From Macrostomum lignano (Eukaryota), in NCBI GenBank assembly GCA_002269645.1, contig NIVC01000271.1:62001-126000 (forward strand): a DNA stretch of 64,000 nucleotides, written 5' to 3'. Under the pieces are notes generated by a model that was not told the origin of the DNA, made no database searches, and was given only the letters and a program-made list of their open reading frames with translations. Shown here piece after piece: positions 47,513-58,906 of the stretch. The number at the start of each line of letters is the position of its first letter. Positions within the stretch are counted from its first letter, which is position 1. The position numbers and the translations under genes were made by a program.

Positions 47513-49275
47513 AGGACGGATGGATGACTTACCAACAAGAATCGTGCGAAGATCAGGTGGCTCTACAGTCATCGTTAAAAATTGCATGCCCAGCAACTTG
47601 AAATAATAATACCTATATGAATGAAAACTTCCTGTAGTCAGCATGCCGACAGAAGCAAGGCAGAGCAACTGATATTAGGCGCTCGATTCTCTGACATAGC
47701 CGAAACTTATTTTCCAATAACTCGATCTGTGTTGCAAACTATAAAGTAATGTCAGGATTCCACATCTGTAAGTCCCTCGTTTGCTTCTGCAGTTGCATCA
47801 AGTCCCGAGCAAAATTATAAATAAAAACGACGATGCTAAGATGGAAATGGAAATGGCGCAAAATTCAATTGACAATTCAGTCTTCTGTTTGATATCAAAA
47901 TTGGAATGTAATGAACACAACACAAGGACGCTTTCATGTCTTGGGGGTTGGTCCTCATGGGTTGTTATCCCATTTGCTGCTCGTGCACCTACGTAGCTTT
48001 GACTTGCCTGTTGTCATCGAGAACTACAAGGAAGAGCTCATGTGAACGTCCAGCAGCATTCAATATTCAATGCTGATTTCGCTCTCTATAGGCATCTGTT
48101 CGGCCCCGGATGTCAGCAGCCCAGCTGCAACTGCGGTTTTCTCTGAACGATCGATGCCTAAGCCCCATGTTTTGCGCATGCAACAGCTTCAAGCAAGGGA
48201 TTTACCAAGCCCCAGTCGCTAAGGACATTGAAGTTCGCATCCTAACCTATAGCAGCATATATGAACGGAAAAGTTCGATTAAAGCTATCCGTAGTCAAAG
48301 TCCATTTCTTAGTCGTTTGATTCTATCGCGCTGTGTCTTTTGCTTCTCCTGATTGGAAATTAGAGAAGAAGCTGCATAGCAGGCACTAATTGACAGGGAC
48401 AGTCTTTCAAAGGTAAAAAAGATAAGCAATGCTTTTTAAAGCAGATTCGCTTGATTTTGGCTCCCATTAGTGAGCCGTGATCGTGACAGATCTAAGGAAT
48501 TGAGGTTATGTTTCTTTCTCATCAAATCATCTGTTTTTGTAAAGATATGTTTCCAATTTTGAAAACTTCAATCACGAAATTTTGCCAGCAATAAAAAACG
48601 CAAAGAAAAATGCAATTTCAAGATACGCGAAGGAGTCATCAAGTGCACCACGGATGCAACACCGCTAGGCTGTGCGAGTTTCTCTTCCCCACAGTGTGCA
48701 CACAAAAACAACTCGATCCTGTCAACTTCTCCCATCAACTTTTTTCTCCACTGCCGCACCCCAATCCTCAGACCCAACTACCATGATATGATTAATTGTG
48801 GAGTGCTTGACTCCGTGCGAGCTCCTCCAGCCTCTCCCATATTATAGGACCTTACCCCCTCGTCAGTCTGTTGTGCCTAAATATGCTTTATTTATTAGAT
48901 TGATCCGGCAGGGCCGGCACTCAAGAAATCGCGCATTGACTCAATTCATAGTCACACACGCACACACACACACACGCTTTTTCCTTCATCTTTTATCTCA
49001 TTTTTGCTGCTGGGACCCTCGCGACCTCATCGGGCGACGCTCTTATTCACTTTCTTGGCAACCGTGCAAGGGGCCACTTCTGACGCTAAGAAGGCTAAAG
49101 GGCCAGTGGAGGCACTTCACAAGTTTATTAAAAGTCTTAGTTGGCTGACTGACCGGCTGGCTGGGTTTTGTCGAACCACCATCAGAGGTGGGACTGTTTT
49201 GTCAACTAAAATTATAAAATTATTTCTACGGCTGATCCATCCTTCTCGAAACTCTGAGCTAGACTTTCCAAATCC

Positions 49276-49430
49276 TGTAGGTTCCCGTAGGTTCCCGTAG
49301 GTTCCCGTAGGTTCCCGTAGGTTCCCGTAGGTTCCCGTAGGTTCCCGTAGGTTCCCGTAGGTTCCCGTAGGTTCCCGTAGGTTCCCGTAGGTTCCCGTAG
49401 GTTCCCGTAGGTTCCCGTAGGTTCCCCTAG
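49276..49430. repeat. 10-bp repeat (gtaggttccc)n
   Basis: Directly visible. Confidence 0.97.
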
Positions 49431-49959
49431 GCCTTAACGCCTAGTGATCTTTGTCATGACTAGCTGCTAAAGTGGAAGTGAAACGGTAGCAAACATTTTG
49501 AGCTCTTTGTAGTTCTTCCCTTGTGCTCTGGCCCATTCTTCCTGTGATCTGTGGCTGTGACTGAGTGACCTGAGTGACTGTCCTAACTGGTTGCTGGCCA
49601 ATGATGCCAATCCCGTGATTTTGCTCCCTACTTTGAGCAAGTAAACAATTATTAATAAATAGTAGAGCAGCCGGGGCGCCAGCTTTCAGACGCTATGCAG
49701 AGAAAGAGAAAATGAGATGAGATCAAACTGGTATCAGAATTCGGAATCTGTCAAGTCGTGCACAGCTGCGAGGCATCATAGTGCCGATTGGGGGTAAATA
49801 TTGACAGTAAGCCGCTTAGCAGCTCTTATTTGAATACGTATAGGTGCTACGGAAAAAAGCTATATAAATATATAGTCAGTTTTTTATTGTAGAATATTAA
49901 TAATAAAAAATTTCTTAAATTATGGATTAGGCAGATCGAGTCCACACCGCAAACACCGA

Positions 49960-50215
49960 GGGCTGAGTGTCGTGGCTGAGTGTCTGAGTGTGACCGAGTG
50001 GACGTGGCTGAGTGTCTGGATGTGGCTGAGTGTCATGGCTGGGTGTCTGAGTATGGCTGAGTGTCGTAGGTGGCTGAGTGCCTGAGAGTGGCTGAGTGTC
50101 TGAGTGTGGCTGAGCGTCGTAGGTGGCTGAGTGCCTGAGAGTGGCTGAGTGTCTGAGTATGGCTGAGTGTCGTAGGTGGCTGAGTGCCTGAGAGTGGCTG
50201 AGTGTCGTGGCGTGT
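49960..50215. repeat. gtggctgagtgtc-type minisatellite
   Basis: Directly visible. Confidence 0.9.
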
Positions 50216-51298
50216 CGTCAAAAACGCCCCAGCTACAGTTCAATGTGCATATGTGCTCACAGAAATCATGCTCCTTTATTTATACTGCTATAGCTGGTCT
50301 AATAAGAAATTTTTTACCTATATTGTACGCTTGATCATCAATGAACATATGCATGAACGTATTCTAATTTGTATTTATTTTTTTGCATTTATTTGTATCT
50401 AAATCACCTGTTTCTACATGATTTCTAGCCCAGTCAAGTCGGTTTTTTAGTTTGGGGGTTATCTTAACTCCAGATAAGAATAACGCGTTTTATAATAATT
50501 CTAAAAAGAAAGTGAAAAAATTAAAAGTAAAAGTTCAAGTCCTTGAAAAGCAATGGACCCTCATTGTATTCCAGAGTCTGTGGAGAGCCAGAATACTTGA
50601 GAAACACTCAAACGGTTCCGCGTAGTTTACAAACCTCTATAAATGGCCAAGTTTACTTGTGAATGCGTTGACCAGCTTTTATTGCGACTTAATTAAAATA
50701 AGTCTGGGCTGCCCAAACAAGAAGCTAAAAGTATGCGAAATCTGCCATGGTATGACTATTATATACAACTAGTATAAAAATGTAATTTAGTCTATCTTGT
50801 GAAGTACTGTTATACGAAGACTTTGTCAATTGTTTCCTGCATGAAGTCTTTGTCCCAGCTAGCTTGGATTGGGAGAGAACAGAGACTTCCCTGTGCTAAG
50901 ATTGAGTGTTTTTGGATAAACGGGGGAGAGTTCACGCGATGACTCATCACAAGCTTTTCCGCGCTCTGAGTGTGTACTTCTGCATAGAGGGAATAAGCAT
51001 GACTCATCACCTGTTTCTATTTTTAGCGCGGAAAAAAGTCATGTGACTTTGCGATTAAACACACCCTATTAGGCATGTGACCTCGACGATCTGGCTCAGT
51101 TGGACACATTGAAAAATTGACGACGTTCTCGATAAAGATCCTCTACATAAGTTCGTAGCACAGAAGAACAGAAGCCGAAAAGTTTGATCAGGTGACCTGT
51201 CCAAGATCATTAGCTTTGACCTAATCTACGAGTAAGCTTTCGACTTTTTGACCTGTTCAATATAGTCTATGGCATCTTGATGAAAACTGCGTTCTTAC

Positions 51299-52081
51299 AA
51301 GGGGATCCCAAAATTGCCTATCCCGGGATTCTCGGGATCGGAATATCCCAGACTTTGCCAATCCCGGGATCCCGACAAATTGGACCAAAAATTTCTAATT
51401 TTTGTTGGTGCAATTTTGGTTTACGAAGCCATCTAACCTGATTTTAAAGGGCTTTCAATAATAATAAAGTAGAACAGAATAAACTATTTTGAATTGGAGT
51501 GTGATGTACGGGCTGGCGTAATAGACGTGATTTTTTACCTGCCAGTATCGGCTCAGGAAAATCACACTTGATTGTGATGTAACCTGGGGAATGATAGCTT
51601 ACAGAGAGCTATGGCTCTGATGAGGAACTGATGCCAGGGTAGAATGGGATCAGACCTCACCCTCCCAGGGGCATCCCCCTAGATGGAGAATTGGTGGTAG
51701 CTTGGGTTGTGGTCCGATAGCAAGGTCCCACTGTTCTAATCCCAACTACGGCCAAGGAGTTTTGAAGGTAGGGACTGCTTAAAGTAGTTCTACATTATTA
51801 CAATGTAACACCTTAAATATTCTTACGACCAACTAACAGCTTCTTGCTTTGTATCCCTGCAGCCCTATAGCCTTCTACTCACTAGCCTGCATGCCTAAAA
51901 GATTAAGAAATAAAAGTAGGACAACTGGGTTATGATTTTTAGCTGGCAAGTAGCTCAGCTGCAGATACTACCACTCATGAATGAATGATTGAATTATTGC
52001 AAAGCGGGATCGGGATTCCGATGGTCGATCCCGGGATTTTCGAATCCCCGGACTACTGTGATCCGGGGATTGCATTCCCTA
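51299..52081. mobile_element. Probable non-autonomous hAT-like DNA transposon (783 bp)
   Basis: Right end gggattgcattcccta and degenerate left end aaggggatccc. Clusters of atcccggga subterminal repeats at both ends. Flanks gttcttac (51291-51298) and gttctaac (52082-52089) match at 7 of 8 positions. Confidence 0.6.
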
Positions 52082-52115
52082 GTTCTAACTGTCAATTTAC
52101 CATGTCGGTTGTTTA

Positions 52116-52507
52116 GATGAGTACCGATTCCGCCTACTCAGTACCGATGAGTACCGATAGATGAGTACCGATAGATGAGTACCGATAGATGAGTACGATA
52201 GATGAGTACCGATAGATGAGTACCGATAGATGAGTACCGATAGATGAGTACGATAGATGAGTACCGATAGATGAGTACCGATAGATGAGTACCGATAGAT
52301 GAGTACCGATAGATGAGTACCGATAGATGAGTACCGATAGATGAGTACTGATAGATGAGTACCGATAGATGAGTACCGATAGATGAGTACCGATAGATGA
52401 GTACCGATAGATGAGTACCGATAGATGAGTACCGATAGATGAGTACTGATAGATGAGTACCGATAGATGAGTACCGATAGATGAGTACCGATAGACGAGT
52501 ACCGATT
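52116..52507. repeat. 14-bp minisatellite (gatagatgagtacc)
   Basis: Directly visible. Confidence 0.96.
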
Positions 52508-52924
52508 CGCAAATCCCTTTTAGATAAATTGCGCTTACGTAGCACCTGCTAGTTCTGCTTCGTAAAGTTCTCTTCAATCTAATCTAGCACTTAACTGAAA
52601 ATCAAAATTCAGATCAATCTATAAATGTTCAACAAATGCAAAAAGCCATAACGCGAACTGCCATATAAACTCTCTTAAGTAAAATGAAAAGCTACGACGT
52701 AATTGATCCTTTCAATTTGAATCAACTAAAAAAGTGCGATAATGGAAGGGAACTGAAATGAAAATTGCGCACTGCGTCTCGCGCTGCATAGCAACGCAGC
52801 TACAACAGAGCAGAAATATCATTGGAAGGTAAAAGCGAAAGCGAGAAGCCGCTCTCGGATTTAATCGCCGCTGAAATTATTGAGACAAAAATCGCTTGCT
52901 GCAGTGCAGTTCCGTGAAGGCGAC

Positions 52925-53692
52925 ATGCTTTGGATAAAATTTTCAAAACTGCTTATTGTGCTGGCTGCAATCGTTCCTTCGCGGCACGGGTTTACCAAGG
53001 ACGAATTCCATCGGATCGAGGGCTTTCTGTGCATCAACAGTGAGTTTATTGAAACTGCTCCAGGTGCCAAGACTGCCACCACTTGCGCTGCTCAGTGCGG
53101 CCGCAGGCTGCGCTGTCAGGCGTTCAGCCTGGCTGACGGTCCGTGCCAGCTGTTCGTGTTCGACAGGTGCAGCAAGTCGGTGAGGGACTGCGGCTGCTCC
53201 AGGAGAGGCCGCGTGTTTGTGAAGCAGCAGCCGGGACTCGAGGCGGGCGCGCTGTGTCCGTCTGGCTACGGAGACGACCTGTGCGGAGTGAAGTACAAGG
53301 TGCACAACGTCCTATGGCCAGACACAATAACGTGGAACCAAGGCAAAGAGAAATGCGAGACGGATGGCGGCCTGGTGATGATGTCGGACGTGACCAGTGA
53401 GGCTGAGAAGCTGCACATGCTGCAGCTGTACAACACGTACATGGCCGGCATAGGAGACATGTTCCTTGGCGGAGTTCAGGCGCCTGGCAGTGTGGAACCG
53501 GCCGGAGGCTGGAGCTGGCAGCCCTGCGGCATCGCCATCAATGCCTCCCAGTGGACTGCCGGAGAGCCTGGAAACAACATGCCCCATATTGAGAATGTGG
53601 CCGGCAAGTGGGGCACCGGAATCGGGGACTTTGATCCTGCCGCAGGCAATGCTCGTGGCATGCTGTGCGAGTGCTTGTCGCCATTCCACTGA
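52925..53692 (+). CDS. Secreted PAN/Apple-domain + C-type lectin-like protein, 255 aa, single coding exon
   Basis: Signal peptide MLWIKFSKLLIVLAAIV. PAN-like C..CAAQC....CQAFS....CQL, Cys-rich linker, and CTL-like TWNQGKEKC..FLGG..WSW..QWTAGEPGN..LCEC. First in-frame ATG is at 52925. Confidence 0.8.
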   Translation: MLWIKFSKLLIVLAAIVPSRHGFTKDEFHRIEGFLCINSEFIETAPGAKTATTCAAQCGRRLRCQAFSLADGPCQLFVFDRCSKSVRDCGCSRRGRVFVKQQPGLEAGALCPSGYGDDLCGVKYKVHNVLWPDTITWNQGKEKCETDGGLVMMSDVTSEAEKLHMLQLYNTYMAGIGDMFLGGVQAPGSVEPAGGWSWQPCGIAINASQWTAGEPGNNMPHIENVAGKWGTGIGDFDPAAGNARGMLCECLSPFH

Positions 53693-53834
53693 GCTGCCAC
53701 TGCAGATGAGTTGAACGCCTCACCTATTTTGAGGCACCAATTAACTTAGTATTTTATAGAGCCAACTGGTTCAGAATTATACAGTGTAAAAGTTTCTGAG
53801 TTTGTGTTAAGTTGCCTAGATCTGATATACTTGC

Positions 53835-54485
53835 ATTATCGATTTTCTTCTCTCTCTGTTTTATTATCGATTTCCCGTCTTGTTGTTTTATTATCGATTT
53901 CCCGTCTTGTTGTTTTATTATCGATTTCCCGTCTTGTTGTTTTATTATCGATTTTCCTCTCTTGCTGTTTTATTATCGATTTCCTCTCTTGCTGTTTTAT
54001 TATCGATTTCCTCTCTTGCTGTTTTATTATCGATTTCCTCTCTTGCTGTTTTATTATCGATTTCCTCTCTTGCTGTTTTATCGATTTTCCTCTCTTGCTG
54101 TTTTATTATCGATTTCCTCTCTTGCTGTTTTATCGATTTTCCTCTCTTGCTGTTTTATTATCGAATTTCCTCTCTTGCTGTTTTATTATCGATTTCCTCT
54201 CTTGCTGTTTTATTATCGATTTCCTCTCTTGCTGTTTTATCGATTTTCCTCTCTTGCTGTTTTATTATCGAATTTCCTCTCTTGCTGTTTTATTATCGAT
54301 TTCCTCTCTTGCTGTTTTATTATCGATTTCCTCTCTTGCTTTTTTATTATCGATTCTCCTCTCTTGCTGTTTTATCGATTTTCCTCTCTTGCTGTTTTAT
54401 TATCGATTTTCCTCTCTCGCTGTTTTATTATCGATTTCCTCTCTTGCTGTTTTATCGATTTTCCTCTCGCTCTTTTACTATCGAC
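53835..54485. repeat. ~25-bp minisatellite (ttttattatcgatttcctctcttgctg)
   Basis: Directly visible. Confidence 0.96.
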
Positions 54486-55566
54486 TGTCCTCTCCCACTA
54501 AACACTAAATTCATTGGTCATTATACTGAAATTCTTTATAATTTTGCGACTACAGTTATAGAAAGGATTCCTCCCATCCTTTTGAGTACTGTTAAAATAT
54601 TTTTCTACGAATGCATTCCTTAAATTTTCAAAGCAGAACAAAACAATCGCAGATCATTTTTTCCGTGCCGAGCAGAGAAGGAAATTGACAAGGCTTTTAG
54701 AGGCTTTTGTTTTTTAACTGTCCAAGAACTCGCATTGCCTCTGAACTTTTAGAAAAGATAGAAAGTTTTGGTTGGATATTTTAGCCATTTCAGTAGTAAA
54801 GAACAGGCTGAAATAATACGAGCATTATGCCTGTCGTTTTCCAGCATTAGCAAGTTCTGAAAATTGTTAATGCCACAAGAGCTAGTTTAGTAGTCGGGCC
54901 TTCGTGTACAGAGACAAAGTTGCAAGAGCATAACAAACACTATCGAAAAGTCAAGGTCACTCCTATCGCTATACTACTATTGATCCTATATATATATTCG
55001 ATGTAGCCGCCTGCCAAATCGAGTTTGAGCACAGTCAGCAACCTTTGTCAAATATAGAGTGCTAAGTAAGCAACGTTACGACATCAGAAGCAGGACTCAA
55101 TCTCTTCATGGCCCTCCACAGTCCCCTATAGCATGTAGCTATATCTACTTTGAAAATGATAAACTGATCTGCCCAGTGATCACAAGCGGGCTTAGAAGGA
55201 TAGATATACTCAATATGGATAAATGCTATGATGAAATTTGCCCCCCAAGTGAGCTCGTATATTTGGCATGCAGCAGCAAGGCGTATGGAGAGATGGGATG
55301 AAGAAAAGTCAGAGAAGCTGGAAGCGAGTCATGGTTGACGGAGCGTGCCAGGTTTTTTTATCAAATAGCTCTGGCCAAAACCAGAGCCTAAATATAAACT
55401 TTCTGGAGTTGGTTCAGCAACCAAACTCGATGCACCGACTGACTACTCTCTCCCCTTCTATCTCTCCCTCCCTCTCTCTCAGACGCGCTCAGCGGGAGCC
55501 TCTCAGCATGGTTGGATGAAGATACTTTTCGCCCCATCGATGTCCTGATCAATTAAGAAGACGAAA

Positions 55567-55617
<51 letters not shown>

Positions 55618-55717
55618 TGCACGGATAGAGATGGCTAAAACAATTTTTTGAGTTTACGATGCATTCAAAGTGCAGTATGAAAGAATATGTCGCTACGACA
55701 ATGACGAGTAACACGTG

Positions 55718-56088
55718 CTCTAGTAGCTAGTGTCCGTGCTGTAGTAGCTAGTGTCCGTGCTCTAGTATATCTAGTGTCCGTGCTGTAGTATATCTAGTGT
55801 CCGTGCTGTAGTAGCTAGTGTCCGTGCTGTAGTAGCTAGTGTCCGTGCTGTAGTAGCTAGTGTCCGTGCTGTAGTAGCTAGTGTCCGTGCTGTAGTAGCT
55901 AGTGTCCGTGCTGTAGTAGCTAGTGTCCGTGCTCTAGTATATCTAGTGTCCGTGCTGTAGTAGCTAGTGTCCGTGCTGTAGTAGCTAATGTCCGTGCTGT
56001 AGTAGCTAGTGTCCGTGCTGTAGTAGCTAGTGTCTGTGCTGTAGTAGCTAGTGTCCGTGCTGTAGTAGCTAGTGTTCGTGCTCTAGCT
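55718..56088. repeat. 21-bp minisatellite (gtagtagctagtgtccgtgct)
   Basis: Directly visible. Confidence 0.96.
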
Positions 56089-56540
56089 ACCTGTCCTACC
56101 GAACATAGCAACCACTTCTACCAACCATAGTAACCATTATTTGCTTATTATATCAAGTGCTCCTGTCGTAACAGAGCAAGCTTTTGTTATTTACAATAGC
56201 TACTACTTCTACAGTTCATAGCAACCATTGAATTTTCTTTAAAAAAATCTCGATCTGATCTCTTGACCGCTCGCACAGTTTCCACATCTGCATCAAGGCT
56301 GGCATCGAAGTCAAATTAATGCTCCAGTTGACTAATCTAGTCAGTCCTCATGACCACAACTGCTCCCAGATCGGCTTGTCTGTCGTTATTAATTCTTTCC
56401 TAGCAATAAATCTGCGATACTACTAATTATAGTAGTCTGATTTGTTGATTAGTAGATTAAGGAAATTTATAATATTGGAACATGGTCTTTTTCCTTGGCA
56501 GGCCACTCGGTATCTGTGCTGTGTTGTAGCCATACTCTAG

Positions 56541-57265
56541 ACATAGCATCTCAGCAACTCCCCACTTGAGCCATGGCATCTCAGCAGCTCCCCACTTGAG
56601 CCATGGCATCTCAGCAACTCCCCACTTGAGCCATGGCATCTCAGCAACTCCCCACTTGAGCCATGGCATCTCAGAAACTCCTCACTTGAGCCATGGCATC
56701 TCAGAAGCTCCCCACTTGAGCCATGGCATCTCAGCAACTCCCCACTTGAGCCATGGCATCTCAGCAACTCCCCACTTGAGCCATGGCATCTCAGCAACTC
56801 CCCACTTGAGCATTAGCATCTCAGCAACTCCCCACTTGAGCCATGGCATCTCAGCAACTCCCCACTGGAGCATTAGCATCTCAGAAACTCCCCACTTGAG
56901 CATTAGCATCTCAGCAACTCCCCACTTGAGCCATGGCATCTCAGCAACTCCCCACTTGAGCCATGGCATCTCAGCAACTCCCCACTTGAGCCATGGCATC
57001 TCAGCAACTCCCCACTTGTCCCATGGCATCTCAGCAACTCCCCACTTGAGCATTAGCATCTCAGCAAATCCCCACTTGAGCCATGGCATCTCAGCAACTC
57101 CCCACTTGAGCCATGGCATCTCAGCAACTCCCCACTTGAGCATTAGCATCTCAGCAAATCCCCACTTGAGCCATGGCATCTCAGCAACTCCCCACTTGAG
57201 CCATGGCATCTCAGCAACTCCCCACTTGAGCCATGGCATCTCAGCAACTCCCCACTTGAGCCTTG
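56541..57265. repeat. 30-bp minisatellite (gcatctcagcaactccccacttgagccatg)
   Basis: Directly visible. Confidence 0.96.
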
Positions 57266-58906
57266 GTATATCCAACACTCACTACAGTCCTCTAAATTGC
57301 CCAGAGCTAGCTGATAAATTTTATTCCATGGTTTTATTCCCAATTTAAATGAGAGGCATTGAAAGCTCCTACATTGAGTGCCGGAATAATTGATTCCGCT
57401 TTGGAAGAGGCAACGCATTAAAATAAAAAAATGAAGCCAAAAATTTTAAATTCTTTCGTGCCGTCTGGGTTTAAAAATATTACGAAATTATAATAGATGC
57501 TAGGGCATCATGTGAGGCGACTGGGACGCTACAGGGACTCCGGCAGGGACTAAATGAAATATGGACTGGAGGCCTTAATAGCCTGCGCTGAATCATAAAA
57601 TTATAACAAACGTCAAAGCTTGATCAGGACGCGTCAATCGCTAAAACAAATGGGGGTCGTGGAGTCGTAGGGTTGGGGGTGGGAAGGCAGCAAGAGAAAA
57701 TGCGTGGGTAGGTGGGTTAACACAGGCCTCGTATTGCCATAGCAACCGCCAGCTTCACGCTGCATCGTACGTCAATGCAGGTCGGATAGATGTACAGCTA
57801 CTCAATTTTTTCTTAATACTGGCTGTACAACACACGTCTGTTATGGCAACAAAGGAGGTGGCTTGCCAATGGAAAAATTATTATAAAAGCAGGTGCGCAA
57901 AGCAGCTACGAGTAAAACAATCCGTTTGCAAAAAAATTCAAAACTATCTTGCTCTGATCAAACACAAGCACAATGACCAAAGTCGAAGTGCAGGCTAAGC
58001 TATCGATTATCGTTCTGGCTCTGCGGATTCCAGGTAGGGTCCTTAAGAACCATAAATACTGGTATTATTAAAAAACTCGATCTAGCCTACGAGTATCAGG
58101 GGCAGAGCAGCTCAGCGTCTGACTCTTGCGCTGCGACTTGGGGTTGCCGTGCGATTCACAGCCATGAATGCCGAACTCCAAGGCACAGGGAGTGTACATG
58201 TCTGACGATTAGACGGTCAGGGCCCGCTGTACATCCTGTGAGAGTGTGTGCATGAGTGTGTGCCGTACGTTACAATATTGGCGCACATGTACATGCTCAG
58301 CGGTCAGCGGAATGTGCAGAATTGGCATCGGCGACCGAATTTCAAAATTTACTACCATCGATTTTCAGGCGCAACGCTGGAAACCTACAGCCTGATCACC
58401 GGCTACTTGTGCATCACGGCCGACTTCACGGAGACGGTTCCTAACTTGGTGACTCGAAATCCCACTACCGGATGCGCCTTGGCTTGTGATGACAACGCTC
58501 GCTGTCAGGCCTTCAGCCTGGCTGACGGTCCGTGCCAGCTGTTCGTGTTCGACAGGTGCAGCAATTCGGTGAGGGACTGCGGCTGCTCCAGGAGAGGCCG
58601 GGTGTTTGTGAAGCAGCAGCCGGGACTCGAGGCGGGCGCGCTGTGTCCATCTGGCTACGGAGACGACCTGTGCGGAGTGAAGTACAAGGTGCACAACGTT
58701 GTCTCCCCAGCCTACATGACTTGGAACCAAGGAAAAGAGAAATGCGAGACGGATGGCGGCCTGGCGATGATGTCGGACGTGACCAGTGAGGCTGAGAAGC
58801 TGCACATGCTGCAGCTGTACAACACGTACATGGCCGGCATAGGAGACATGCTCCTTGGCGGAGTTCAGGCGCCTGGCAGTGTGGAACCGGCCGGAGGCTG
58901 GAGCTG

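Noticed and set aside
52880-52924. ORF-track start for lectin 1 at 52880
   Set aside because: It is a TTG start. The ATG at 52925 directly precedes the signal peptide.
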